From NCBI RefSeq assembly GCF_000143415.4, contig NW_003314401.1, forward strand, positions 148,860 through 212,859: DNA of 64,000 bases. The letters are read 5' to 3'. Source of the stretch: Selaginella moellendorffii (taxonomy: Eukaryota; Plantae; Lycopodiophyta). Positions 12,701 through 27,100 of the stretch are shown piece after piece (position 1 is the stretch's first letter; the number at the start of each line of letters is the position of its first letter). The translations under genes were made by a program, and so were the position numbers. The notes under the pieces are model-generated. The model made no database searches. It was not told the origin of the DNA and was given only the letters and a program-made list of their open reading frames with translations.

Positions 12701-15700
12701 CCTGAGTGTGCTTGGTCAATGCCATCCTATTGCATATATAAGCTATACATTACAACTAGCGGAAGTGAATTACTCCACGATAGAGAAAGAGTGTTTAGCA
12801 GCAGTTTAGAGTTTCGAGAAACATCATGCATATCTACATGGTTCTCAGACATTACTAGAAGGTGATCATATTGCCGTTACTTCATTATTGAAGTGGAAGA
12901 ACTCAGTTGGTCGTATTGCTTGGTGGGTTTTAAAGTTTCAGATATATGATTTTGATGTTGTTCATCGCCCGGGGAGTTTTATGGTTGATGCTAATGCCTT
13001 TTCTCGAGCTCTTTTTTCTTCTTTGCTTTCTTATCATGTTGTTGATGAGCCTGTTGTTCCAGCATTTGTGGATTTTCTAGACGAACATTCTGTGCCATTG
13101 ACAGTTGTTGTACTTGATGTTCAGTGTCCCCAAGGTGTAGAGCAAGACCTACCTTCTTTTGATGAGGTTCGTAAAGCTCAAAAGATTGAGCCGTGGATTC
13201 GAAGGCTTTGAGAAAGGTTTAAGAATCCTATATCACTTGTTAATGAGTTGCCATTCTGGCATTTACATTCTCAATATCGCCTTGAAGATAGCCTTCTTGT
13301 TGCGAATGTGACTTCGGGTATTAAAAGTTATCTATCAGTTAGTCCTTTTGGATATTCTTTCCTTATTACCACGATGGCAGAAGGTCGGTATTGCTAAACC
13401 CATTATCAGTCTCCACCTAAACTAGTTGAGAAACTGATCTTTGTGTGTGCACTTGACCAAATGAGCATAAGGACGGAATTCCTAAGTGCTATTAGTCAAG
13501 CATACTTAACCTAGTTAGAGAAACTCATTCGTTAACTTGCACTTGCTAGTGTTGGGAACCCCCGGGATATTGAGCTTGGTCCTTCAATATTCGTTAGATG
13601 ATAGCTTACTGTGTCTGCCAAACATCCTCGCTATCATGCCTTTTGTGTTAGTCTTATTTCAGTCCTAAATGCTATTTATAGAAAGTGTCTAGATTTGCTT
13701 ATTTTGTATATCTATAAAATGTAGAGATTGTCTTGAACATGATGGTGTTCGTCCCGTGTCCAAATTCGCAATCTAAAGACATTCCATATTTAGCAAGTTT
13801 TGAGCTTGTCCTAGAGACTAACTCTTAGTACTAAGAGAGGCTTGGGGTGAAAGCCCAAAGCATATGTTCTTCAAGAAGGAGGGGGGGGGGAGGATGTGGG
13901 GGGTTCTAAATGTATGGTAGGGATAGTGGGTAGGTCAGGCATGGCTGACTAACTTGAGGCATAATTTAGCTCCCATTTGTGTGCCTGTCCTTGTTTTGCA
14001 TCCAGCTTGGGTCTAAGCCCAAACTCCACACCATGCTAGCTGGTGGAGTACCCATATCCTCATGTTAGGCCATCGGTATGCTGAAATAGCGCCAGACTCT
14101 ATTTAGCTCCGTTTTGCATGCTAGTCTTGGCATTGGGATGTTAGTTGCTCTAGGACTAATCCAAGTTGCTCCGAGCTCCCATCCCTTCACTCCTTGGGCT
14201 ATGTGCTTGGGAGTCATTCCATTTTTTAGTGCCATTGCTCCTTGGCTACATGCTTGGGAGTTTAACACTGTTCCTTCATTCAATGGCCCAAGGCCCTAAA
14301 ATTTGGGTTCCACACCACTATCCCTTGGACACATGGCATATAACATGTGGCACATGGAGGGTTAAGTTCTACTTCGTGGTTATCCTATGGTAAATCACCA
14401 TAGGATAAAGGGTAAAAACCACATGCGCTATATTTGGTATTAGAGGGTAAGTCTCGGCAAGTATTATCCAATGAGATTGGGCAATTAGTCTCGTTGCATA
14501 CGTAGAAATGAAAACAATGATCAAAATGGGTACATATTTGGGTGCAAAGACTTCACAATTGTTCCTTGGGTATATATTTGGTTACCTTGTTATACCTTAT
14601 GATGTGAGCTTGCTCTTGGGCTCATAAGATGGATTGAGTTGTTTTGTTTGCACGAGTTTGCACTTGGGCTCATAAGTGAGGCACATTAGCATGAGTTTGC
14701 GCTTGGGCTCATGAGTGGGGCACATTAGCAATTCAAGGTTACATTCTGAGTTGGCAAAATTAATGTTAGCCTATCAGTGGTTCCATGAGTTATTCCATGT
14801 ACCATAGGTAAAAGTAAACCTTCCCTAGGTTTGCTATGAGTGGCAAATAGGCTGGTCCGTAGCTATTTAGCACGGCACTAGTGGATCCTTCCTATGCATG
14901 ATTATGAATAGATCAATCAAGACTATAAGGGATTAGTCTATTTGTTCAAGTAGTCATTGCCATGCTCTCTCATAAACTTTTCTTGGATTGGACTGAAGTC
15001 AGTGCGAATGCAAGCTTGAGGTTTAGTTAAAGATAAGACCGAAAAGAGAGTCATCGGGGACGAAGGATTAAACATGTAAATCATCTTCTCTTTTTGGAAA
15101 GATGATTCATAGCAAGGTGTGACTTATTACTTGTGTTCACTATGCAATCAAGAGTCCCTACCTTGATGCATATTGGAAATGATGGTCTTACAAATGATGA
15201 GTTATGGGATGGATAGTAGTGAAGCGCTAAACTATTTTGTCTAAACTTGCTATTGGAAGGCTTGGATTACAATGCTCAATTCTTTTCTGGGGAACCTTGC
15301 TATTGCTCTTTGAGTAGCTTGGTGTTAGATTAGTTTTGAGTTTGGTCGGATAGAATACGGCATGAGATTGTCCGTGTTGTGAACAAAAGTTAGTGGTGTT
15401 GGGTGTTGTAAGTCTTTATCGGTGGAGTGTGGCATTTATGTTGCATTTTGTCGAATTAAGTTGACACTTGATACTCACATAAACCTTTGAAATAATGATA
15501 TTGGCATTGTTCATGGTGTTTCTTTATAGATGACCAAGATATTGTGATTTTTATATCATATCCATGTGATAATGAGTAATGTGTTTACAAAGTTGCTTGG
15601 TGAAATGATAATCAACCCCAAAGTGGTTGATAGTGAAGTTAGTCTACTGCACACTTAGGCACGTTCTATTAAGNNNNNNNNNNNNNNNNNNNNNNNNNNN

Positions 15701-18700
15701 NNNNNNNNNNNNNNNNNNNNNNNNNNNNNNNNNNNNNNNNNNNNNNNNNNNNNNNNNNNNNNNNNNNNNNNNNTATCTGTTAGCACTTGGAGTAGATTGT
15801 TGGATAGAGAAAATATGTAGTTGTGGCATTGACATCACTAACACTTGTGTGAGTGGAGATAATATTGTTATATTGAGTGATGAGAAACTTTCCTTAGAAC
15901 TTGATTTTCCATATCATTTTTCTTATTAGTGTTTTGGCTTCACATTGGATCTTGAAAGTGGTTGAAGAAGAGTGATAGTGCAATATGGATATATGAAGAT
16001 ATAGTCTTCATGATCAAGCCGTGGATATTCATTTTGCATTTTGTGGATGTCAGTGTTGGTTTGGAGATATGGGCATGATGTTCTAGGCTTAAACATATTA
16101 TGGGTTATGAGAATTTGTGTTGAGGTGAACTTATGTGAAATTGTTGGTAAGAAAAATTTGGTTGAGTCTTGAAAATTTGCATTTCTAGACTGAGAGTTAT
16201 TCTTTTTCTAGAATAGAAATTTTTCCACAAATTTTCTTAAACATTTCCAATGGTTGATCTATTAATTACTTTGCTCAAAAACCATTCCATTTTCGTAAGC
16301 TAGTACAAACTAATGAAAAGGTTAGAGTTGACTTTGGTTAACTTAGATCTTAGTAGGTAATTTGTATGATGCACCCAAAAGGGATATTAACTTTTGGGGT
16401 TAAAGCAATTGAGTTGGATAGAGTTTGGAGTTGGTATAGAAAAGTGGCTGTTGCACTTTTCTAAGAAGGGTAACCCTTGTGTCTTTCTTCTGTAGCATAA
16501 TGCTGGGTGACAGGTTACATCTTGCATTTTGTTAAACTCTATGAGAGTAGTGAGCTCTCACTAATATTGATTTGGTCTTGGTAGTCTTGTGTTTTGGCTG
16601 AGGATGGTGATATCCAACTTAGTTGTTTAAGGTTGAAATGTTAGTACCCATACTATAGCTTTGTCTATGAGGAGTTTGTGTACCAATATGTGTCCATCTC
16701 ATTGTCTTCACTTTACTTTCGACTGAGTGTTAATTATGCATAGCTAACTTCTTCAAGGCATGTTTAGAGCTATTGGCTAGACGTGTTAGTGAGCTTATTG
16801 CGGTTGAGTTGGATTTGGATGGTCATTTAATTTGTGTTTGTCCATAAATCTTTCTTTCATGCCTGAGGTATTACGCTGGACAAATATATAACTCGATGGC
16901 ACGAATTTAGTGTTGGGTCTTGTAAAGACAAGTTAAGAAGTGATTGTTGGTTGCTTTGCAACTAGTGATTACTTGTGGACTTTGTTGAGGACTATTGACA
17001 CTTGCCTCTCTCGATGAAGATTTAGCAGTGATAGGCTTGCTTTACCGAATAATGTTGCAGAAAATCATGTTGTTAAACTTATATGGGTTTTCCATGTTGG
17101 CATGTCAATTTCTTTGTAGATATCATTTGGTTATGTTTAGTCCATGGTGTTGGATTTCATTGAGTCTTGGATGTGGTGAATCACTCTTTGATGATACATT
17201 ATCTATAATTGAGTTTTGCTGAAGGATTAGTCTCGGATATTGACTAAAGTATCTTCGACTTTCGTTAGCTTGGTTGCTAGAGAGTTTTGAGTGGTGATTC
17301 ACTCTTGCTTTCTTCTAACTTTATCCTGGTGTTGATGGCATTGAAGTGATGCCTTGTTGTTGACATTATTGATGTTGAGATTTGAGTGAAATGAGATGTC
17401 TCTCTTTAGGATTGATATTGAGTTTCATTAGTCTTGATAAAGATCGTGTTGATAATTTGGCTTTAGCTTTGTGTTGTTGGCATTCATGCATTTGCTAGTT
17501 AACAACTGTATTGACGTTCAAATGAACTGAGTGGCAAATTGAGTTAGTTATATTCCAAATGAGATTATTTAGTAGGGGTTGAGCTTTGGCTTTTCCTTGA
17601 AAAGTGATTTAATCGTAAACTATATTAACTTTTCGAGAGGAAGAGTTAGTGATCGGTATTGAAGTGATTCAATCCTTGTTGGATTTCAGTTGGGATATAT
17701 TGATCAGTGATGATTTTTCTTATGCTTGTTATTTAGTGAGTTACGTCTAACTATAGATGAATTCATGAATGATCGTTTAGTGATCATATGTTGAGCATAG
17801 CTCCTTTGTGCTTGGCTTTTGGATTGATGTAGATATGTTCTTCATTAGCTTTATATTATAAAGTTTAACTTCTGAATATGTTGAGGAGGATATTGTGGGT
17901 TATACCATGATTTCTTTTTTACTATTGAAGTTAGTTCATGCGAGGCTTATGATCATTGTTAGGCAAGACTTAGCTATAACTTTCTTTGAGCTTTTGGTTC
18001 CTTGAGTTTTCATGCTTGTGGTCCATTTATTTGAAGTTGTTAGAGAAGACATTTTGGCTTATAACTTTGTTGTTGAAGTTGGCAATTACATTTAGCAATC
18101 ATTAGTGATAACTGACTATCATCTAAGATGATTGATTATCCTTGTCAAAGGTTTTGCTTGATTGTTGTTGATATAGAATGATTCATTGTTCTTCAAGATG
18201 GTGAATTCTTTTTTCAACAATGAGTATGTATCTCTTTTTGATGGGATGATTGATGATCTTTCATGATAGTTAGTTGTTCACTTTGATGATTTTTGGCTTT
18301 TTGCATTACCACATGTTCTTTATAGTTTGCTTTAGATTGGTCTCTTGGGTTTAAGATATCAATAAGATGTTGCTAACGCTTGCTTAAGAAACTCTGGTTC
18401 CTTGGTGTTATTGACAAGGATCTATTTAGATTAGTTGGTGCAATAGTTTGTATGAATGAGTGTTTATTGGTTTTGCCACATTCATTTTGTTTTATTGATT
18501 ATTGCTCAAGTTAGTTTTGATAGATTAAAATGTTATTTCCTTTGAGTGATACATTTGCAAGTATTTTGCTTGCCAGTCAATAATACTTTATGTTCTTTGA
18601 GTTGTTTTAGTAAGTTGTTTGACATACTGTCTGCCATTTTCAGTAATTAAGTTTCATCCTTGAGTTTCCTTGATGATACATTGGCTATTGAATTTTGTTA

Positions 18701-21700
18701 GATAGTGAATTGTATATTTTCCAAACATGATGACCTTGATGGTTCCTATACTGTAATACTGGTTTATCGGCTGATAACTTACTTGGAATACTTTCATGTT
18801 CTAAACTAAGCTTTATTCATTGATAATTAAGTCTCTAAGATATCATTGTTTATGACTTTGATATTGTCCATCTATTAACCTTTGAATTTGGGCCAGTATA
18901 GGCAGACTAACTTCGGCACTTCGTGTGCATGGTGAAATCTTTAGTCATGGGGTAGCTACTGTCGATTGGTCACATCACCTACTTCTCTATCAATGTTCCT
19001 TATTCGGTTTAAAGGGTGTGACCATGTAAACAACTCTAACTACCTATTTACAGTAATTTATCTAAACCTTATCGACAGATTTGGTTTCTTTGCTCATGAG
19101 GGTTGGGGCCTCTAGCTTCTCTCTCTATATCCGTGCGGGCAGGGGCATATCACACTTTTGTAAGCTGGGTGACACCCAGAGCAATAAGGGTGGCTAATTC
19201 CGTTGGTCATGTCCTTGTCGGCGACAACTGGAAGGTGTCTAAATTGGTAGCACATCCGCATTAGACAAAGATATTAGCCTAACTCATTTAAGTTGATCCA
19301 TTTCTCACAAAGTGTGCATACTATGAAATTTTTCTGGAGTTGTTTCCTTGGCGGTATTTTAGACTAGAGTATGCATTGACGAGGACGTTGATCTTCCCTT
19401 AGGGGGGGAGAGTGTCGCGAATGTGACTTCGGATATCGAAAGTTACCTATCAACTAGTCATTTTGGATATTCTTTCTTTACTGCCATGACAGCAGAAGGT
19501 CAGTAATGTTAGACTTATTATCAATTTTCGCCTAAGCTAGTTGAGAAACTGATCTTTGTGTGTGCACTTGACCAAATGAGCATAAGGACAGAATTCTTAA
19601 GTGCTATTAGTCAAGCATACTTGACCTAGTTAGAGAAACTCATTCGTTAACTTGCACTTGCTAGTGTTGGGAACCCCCGCAATATTGAGTTTACTCTTTC
19701 AATATTCGCTAAATGATAGCTTACCATGTTTGCCAAACACCCTCGCTATCATGCCCTTTGTGTTAGTCTTATTTCAGTCCCAAATGCTATTTATGGAAAG
19801 TGTTTAGATTCGCTTATTTGGCATATCTACAAAATATAGAGATTGTCCTGAACATGATAGTGTTCGTCCTGTGTCCAAATTCGCAATCTAAGGACATTCC
19901 AAATTTAGTAAGTTTCAAGCTTGTCCCAGAGACTAACTCCTAGTAGGGATAGTGGGTAAGTCGAGCATAGCTGACTAACTTGAGGCATAGTTTAGCTCCC
20001 ACTTACGTGCCTATCCTTGTTCTGCATTTGGCTTGAGTCTAAGCCCAAGCTCTACACTATACTAGTTGATGGAGTACTTATATCCTCACATTAGGCCACT
20101 GATATGCTGAAATAGTGCCAAACTCTGTTTGGCTCCATTTTGTATGCTGGTCTTGGCATTATGATGCTGGTTGCTCTAGGACTGATCCAAGTTGCTCCGG
20201 GCTCTTATCCCTTCGCTCCTTGGGCTATATGCTTAAAAGTCATTTCATTCTCCAGTGCCATTGCTCCTTGGCTCCATGTTTAGGAGTTTGGCACTGTTCC
20301 TTCGTTCAATGGCCCAAGGCCCTGAAACTCAGGTTCCACACAACTGTCCTTTGGACATATGGCATGTGACATGTGGCATATGGAGGGTTAGGTTCCACTT
20401 CATGGTTATTCTATGGTAAATCACCATAGGATAAAGGGTGAAAACCACATGCGTTACACTTCTTTAGTTTGTGAGGACGGACCTGATGATCATTTACGGC
20501 TAGTGGTGCCTTTAGTCTTTATTCCACGGTTTCTCCATGCCTACTATGATTCTCTTGTTCTAGATGAGCATATGGGACATCGTCATGTGACTGAGTAGTT
20601 GCGTAGGTCTTTCTATTGGCCGGAGATGCGATGCGATATTATCCAATATGTGCGTAGCTATGTTTAGTGTCAAGCTCGTAATACTCCCTCTCATGTTGCG
20701 GAAGGACGGTTAGAGTTAATTGTAATTTCCCATCCATTTGAGTTGGTAGTGTTTGATCTTATAGGACTTTTTCCACGATCAACTGCTAGCAATGAGTATG
20801 TTATTATTGCTTCTGACTACTTAACTTGTTGGGTGGAAGTTGGTGCTCTTGCTAGCAGCTCTGCAACTATTGTTGGATACTTCTAGTGTTCTAACATTTT
20901 TGTCCAAAGCAGATTCTTTTGGATAATGGTCCTGCATTTATGGCTGAGGCATTTTAGCCATGCTTTGACATCTTGGTTGGGGATACACCACACTTTCACA
21001 AATGCTTATCATTCACAATTAAATAGTTTGGTGGAATGGCTTGTTTAGATGTTCAAATGGATGATCGTGAAGTACATGAACTTTCAGCATTCGGATTGAG
21101 ATGGTTATTTGACATCTCTTCGGTATGCATATGTTACAGAGGTGCAAAGTTCTGTTGGTGCTTCACCATATAAACTCATATATATTAATGATCCAATATT
21201 ACCAACGGAGCTAGGTTTACCTTCACGATTGCCACGAGCTGCTGATGCTAGGTCGTGGGATCAATATTTGATGAACATTTTTCCACTTATCCAAGTTGAG
21301 TCTGTCGAACACTTAAGCCGTGTATAAGTAGGATAACAATAACGCTACAAATCCCATCATTGTCCACCTACGGAGTACAAAGTGGATGACTTAGTGTTAA
21401 TCTGTTTTCCCCATCTTACAATATGTGGTTTATCTAAGAGGCTTCTTGTTCCATGGAAAGAACCATATTGGGTGTTATGGCAAGTTGAACCACAAGTTTA
21501 TGAGGTTTGGCATGACGTTCAGTAGGCCGATCTTCCAGAAATTGTGTCTATGCAACAGTTGAAACACTTTATACAAAGGGATCCAGAACAATTGATACCA
21601 CCTACAAATCCACTGATGCCTCCTCATGATATTCCCTCAAATCCCTGCCCATTTACAAGAGAACTCTAATGGTCTTCCATTATTCTAAGAGGAGGGGATG

Positions 21701-21863
21701 ATGTAAGGTTCAAGTGTATGGATGATGCCATATATTAATATTAGCATAGTGGGATTTTAATAGTTATTGTATTGGTTTCAATCTGGACCGCTCGCTCCTA
21801 TTTATAAACTATTAATTAATATGCACATCTTCTGTATTCCCTTTCCATATTCCATGCACTCAT
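9781..21863 (+). mobile_element. Degenerate Ty3/Gypsy LTR retrotransposon, family A copy 1, interrupted by element C
   Basis: Similar ~160-bp LTRs at ~9781-9945 and ~21702-21863; PPT gaggagggga before the 3' LTR; broken gag, protease, RT (LVMPFGL..FIDD), RNase H and integrase; no chromodomain seen. Confidence 0.8.
13298..20458 (+). mobile_element. Nested LTR element C with decayed, apparently non-coding internal region (LARD-like)
   Basis: LTRs 13298-14432 and 19413-20458; PBS tggtattagag (tRNA-iMet type) at 14435; PPT agggggggagag before 19413; TSD CTTCT on both sides; the empty site is seen in the family A paralog near 49680. Confidence 0.9.
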
Positions 21864-21999
21864 AAAACAAAATATTTATACCTTCGAACTTTTTCTCAAA
21901 ATGAAATTATTCTAACTTTGCAACAAAATTTTGAAAGCCAGCTGGTAAAGACCAGTCTTATGCTACAACTTCTGGAAGAATAGCAGTCCCAGGTGAGAT

Positions 22000-22680
22000 C
22001 AATATGAGAGTTGCCCATGGCAAGTGAGGAGCTGCAAAACAACTTCTCATCGTGTCTTAGATTGTGTTCTTTGAGCGAGCTAATATCTTACCTTCACATT
22101 GACACCATCATTCACGATCCTGTTCTCTGCCTTGTACTTGAGGAAGTCATTCCCTGGAAGAAATTCATGCATGAGAGTAGCGAAGGACGTCTGTAGTACT
22201 CCAACTTACCACTTCCTGCTGACGATGATCCTCTGCCTGCCAGCAGTGCCTCCTGAGCGTGAATTCCTTGCATCGCACCAAGAGAAGCACTTTGCCAATG
22301 TCCACGCGTGCACAAGTACCTTGTGGCTTTCCGAAAGCACCCCTCATTCCAGTTTGTAGCCTATGAAACCAGAAACAATCGTCAAAGCTTGCTTCAGGAG
22401 AATTTTCTTCTCTCACCTATCAGCACCAGCGCAGGAAAGCATCTTGTTTATCTGGAGGACATGGAAGGGATGGACCCTTATGCGGAGATGGAAAGCGTCT
22501 TTCCCGTTGTACTTTGTCACTTGTTAGTGGTAATGCGCGCCACCTCGAAGGCCTCGCTCGAGTCATTCTCGTTCTCACAGCTCATAGTAAGGGAACTCGT
22601 CCATGCCCTTCTTCTTCTTCAGATTATGATCTTAGGATCTGGGACACTGCGGCAAGAAGCGGGATTTCGGGTATGTCATG
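22000..22680 (-). pseudogene. RPL10: 60S ribosomal protein L10 (uL16) pseudogene retaining introns
   Basis: [36 protein letters not shown], intron, [40 protein letters not shown]; frameshifts and stops. Confidence 0.85.
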
Positions 22681-25600
22681 CTCAAGAGAGCACTCCAATA
22701 AGGACCCTAACCCCTAAAGCCGTTGGATTTAATGGGTCTGGGCTCCGAGCTCCGAGAGAATGTGATCACTGAGATGGGCAGTGAGATTCTAACTTAGTTG
22801 GAATATTATTTTATTTTTTATTCACTAAATCAAATGTTTATACACACAGCAGTCCCATGGAGATTTCCATTCTCAATAATCGATTTACGCAGGAAAATCT
22901 TAATTTTATTGTCCCGACTTTGGTTACACAGTAAATCTATATATTTTAGGAAATTCATATGAAAGTCATATCGGCATTGCTAGATGGCTCTCGATGGCCA
23001 CTCCTTCTGGCCTTCAACGCCTTGGAAACTGGGACTATTATTGTTGGACGCAGATGACAATTGGTGTGTAGGCTCGAAGCCTCTCTCAGCCGTGGTCTCC
23101 AACCACAAGATGTCCAGCAGTGGTGCACTGGAAGTCAAGAGTGATGCAGCCTAACCAGCTTCACAAACCCAATTCCTGCTAAAGATCGCTTCTTTATGAA
23201 GAAACCTTATGTTAAGCAACTTAATAGAATAAGTTGTTTAGAAAGTTTGAAATGCAAGTAAGTTTCAGGCCACATTTCCGAATCTAAATCGGTTTAAGAA
23301 AGAAAATTCTTAGCCCCGGTGAATGTGACGGTTGTTTCGTCCAATTCATTGTCACTGTCCATGCTTGATTTGCAGGAGGCTCGGCACACCCCCTTTGAAT
23401 TACATGAGCGTGTGGTCTGGCCTTCTTCCGCAGATCAAATGTGCTTGGAGCACGCTAATTATATACATTGCAGAAGTTATGGATATAAGCAAGAGTTATC
23501 TCAATCCTGATTATAATTGAAGTGGTGTATGTCAAGTGTGAGCAATGTAAAGGAGACAAGCAGAACTAGTGTTGTAAGAGTGACAAGTTAGGATAGTATT
23601 AAGGAAATGAAATGGAGCACACCTACTTCATTGCTTTACACTTAGACTGTACTGGTGCCTTTCAAACGCACACCTTGTTCTTGTTCTGTGTTAGAGGATG
23701 CTTCCTTTGTCCCTTCAGTGCCAATGGCTGTAGCAAGAGCTACAAACAAGAAAGCATGTTAGTCATTGCTAATTAACTAAAAATGGTTTTTTTTCTGCTG
23801 TCCTTCCACTCCCAATGACCTGTTGTTCCTCCACTAGATCTTGTAGCTTATCTCCTGGAAAAAAAAATAAAAATTTGAAGTGTTATGAAAGAAACTTTTA
23901 CATGCTTAACTTCAGGATTTTGTTTGTTGTTGTCCTTGTGGTCAGGCTTTTCATGGTCGTTGCCTAAATCCCCACCATCTCCATCTCCTTCATCAAAATT
24001 CTAAGAGATATTTTTGCAACATGAACAACTAAATGTTACATTCATCACTAACTTGTGTGCACAACTTTGGCCAGAAGCATAACATTTGAATTTCGAATGC
24101 ATTCTTAAAGAACAGAGAGAGACACAAAAGAAAAACTTTCATTTGGTTTATTATTGAGCATCATTTCCTTTGGAATTTTGGAGCGGCAATTGGGAAGGGT
24201 ACTTGGACACCTTTTAGTTGCAACTGCTCCATCACAGAGACGATCACTGTTGCAGTGAAAACTACTCATTGGCACTGCATGAAAGCAGTAGGAAAAGTGT
24301 GACTTTTCTGTAGTGAACAAGAAGCTAGTTTCTTGCCAAGCCACACGTGAATTTCATGTCTTGCATAGTTAGTCTCTTCCCTGCAAATGCAATGAGATCC
24401 ACTTTTGTTGAACCAAGATTGTAGTCCACATGAGTTTTACTCTTGGCTATGTTGATGCCTTACATTGACATTAGGAGCTCCATATAGTGCTACTTTTTCC
24501 ATCCTGAATTTGAAGGCTTGGATGTAATTGGCACCACAACAACCTCCATTGTCGATATTCCACATAGACAAGTGCCACTTTCTTAGTACTGGTATACATG
24601 GTGTCTATGTGCTTCCTCCACATGTTGTGTCCCTGACATGCTCCACTTGAACTTCCTCCTGTCACTTGCCAATACCGCTAATTGCTTGCACAATTCACAT
24701 TGCATTTCCCAGAACTCTAATGCTTCCAACCCTGTAATTGCTTCCTTCTTTAGCAAAGCTCTAGGAGCTTTTGTGAGACAACACCTTTAATAAACTCAAT
24801 GACACTATCAGATGTTAAATTCTTAAAGTCTTCCAGTGAGGAAGTTCTTATTGCGCAGAACCTACAATAAAAAATAATTAAAAACCATATTCAAAAACAT
24901 ATGCTTAAGCCCATTAGAAAACACAGTCATAATCCTGAGTGAGAAACAAGAACACAAGAACTCAACATCAAAGAAAGCAACCCACCATAGAAAGCAATGG
25001 CTCTGACAAGGGCAATAAAATGTAAACTTATCTACAAAGTCTTACCCTTCTTTCTCTTCTGAGTGCTCCTAATACTTGCCACTTCCACCCACTAACGGAA
25101 TAGGACTCATGCATGGAAGATCTTTGTGCTGCTCCAAGCCACCGGCTCATTCTCAAACCCTCACAAAACCCTAATGAAAACAACACCAACACTAAACTTT
25201 GATGCATTGCAATGCCTTTCAAACTTGGATGTTGTTAGAGTCCTCTTGACTTGCATCTAAATTGTCCTCAACTACATCTTCCCTATTTGCCACATCTAGT
25301 TGAAACTCATTCTCCCATGGCTTTGTTTCTGTAAAACTAATATAAAATCCAATAAAAAAACCAAATTAAGTATGTCTATTTTGGATGATCTCTATTAGCA
25401 TCTGCATAATTTTTCCAATGATCCTAAACACATCACTCTATTTGGTTTTAGGTTTCTTTTCCATATTATGGTTTTTTGAATACTTATGAAAATCTTATAG
25501 AGGGATTATTGCAACTTGCTCTTCACTATAACAAAATAATGTAATTGCATGTAGTGTCTCACAACAAAATGGAATAATAAATTGAGCCTAAATAAAAATT

Positions 25601-26574
25601 CATTAGAAAGCTGATTAAATAATTCAACTCAAATCAACTTATCTGTACTAATTGAAAAAGCAAGAGAGTAATATTTTATCACAAACACTAGTATCCCTTT
25701 ATATTTATTTTAAAATTTACAAGTGAAAACTATTAAGCCTAAGTACCTTTATGTTCTACCTATTCTTTTAGTCTGCTATTCGCAATATTGATGATTTACT
25801 CTTCCCATACTTGACATTTTCAGTAACTTGTATTATGCTTGATGAACCAAATATAAAATTTACTGTTTAAACACTAAATGCATTGAAAAACTTACTTGAA
25901 TAGCATCCAATGCATATTTAACTTTCACACAATCCTTAAAGAATTCTTTATCCATTAAAATGAATTGAGTGTATCTTGTCTTGATTTTAAGAATGTATGA
26001 TCAGTAAAATCTGGCTTGTTTTAGCTTATCCTCTATTACCCAAATTTAATATCTTGACACTGAGTGCTCCACTATTTTGTTGCATTGTTCTTATAAAAAT
26101 AAACCTATCCTAAGTCTTGTACACCACAATGCTCATTCAAATGCTTAGATTATTGATAAGCTAATAAAACACTAAGTATTTCTCAATATTATGCTCCCTA
26201 TGCCATGGCAAAATTATTAAACAATGGTCTAAAAAAGCACTATAAGCTTATGTTGGTTGTTATTAATATTTTTTTATGATGTTAGTAGGACTTATATGGA
26301 TGGTCACTAGAAACACTTTAACATATTTGTGAGTACTAGAAGTGCTAAATGGAGAGGAGCATATGTATATACTATGAAGGGCATATTCTTGATGACAATT
26401 TCAACTATAAAAAATTTGGAAATTACTAGATTGTAGCTTGTAGAGTGTGACTTCAAAAAATTTACATAACATTATAACTAACTCAAAAACCATAGAGAGA
26501 ATGTAGGAAAAGCATAAGATGTGATATATATCAATGAAAATTGAGCTTATACCATTTTCTTTGATATCATATAT

Positions 26575-27100
26575 AACACAAAAGAGCCTTTAATGATTAT
26601 TTTATTCCTATATATCCCCTCAAGATTTCAAAGATCTATGGTGACAATATATCCAAATTTCATCCCATGATCACATGTGCTACACTTACAAATTTTACAA
26701 AGTTAGTTTTTAAAATGATTTGTATTTATGTTTAAATTATATGAAATAGAAGTTGATTTCTAGAGAAGTGGTGAAGTATTCTTCTTGGATAGATACTTTT
26801 GTTGATCATCCCAACATAATGGTCGTATGGTTACAATTTTCATCTTTGTTGATAATAGCACTATAAAACCATAATTTTGCACATTTTTGTAGTGTATATA
26901 ATCATAGGATAAGATATAAAAATATTATCATTGTAGATATTTAAAATTTAGAGGATGTATAAGGATAAAATAGCCATTAAAGGCTTTTTCATCAAGCAAT
27001 TGCCTTTTTATCAATTGGTTTGAGAAGAGAGAGATAACTCATTAAGCATTTCTCCCTTTTTTAGTTGGTTTAAAATGAGAGAGATAAAATGTGTGATATG
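26575..27100. repeat. Degenerate LTR fragments of the TRIM family found at 45500-46503, in both orientations
   Basis: 26580-26683 matches ...aaatctcatcccatgatcacatgtgctaca; ~26890-27100 matches the reverse complement; another remnant lies near 38530-38640. Confidence 0.55.

Noticed and set aside
15674-15773. ORFs spanning N runs (also 59598-59731)
   Set aside because: Assembly gaps, so the ORFs are not supported
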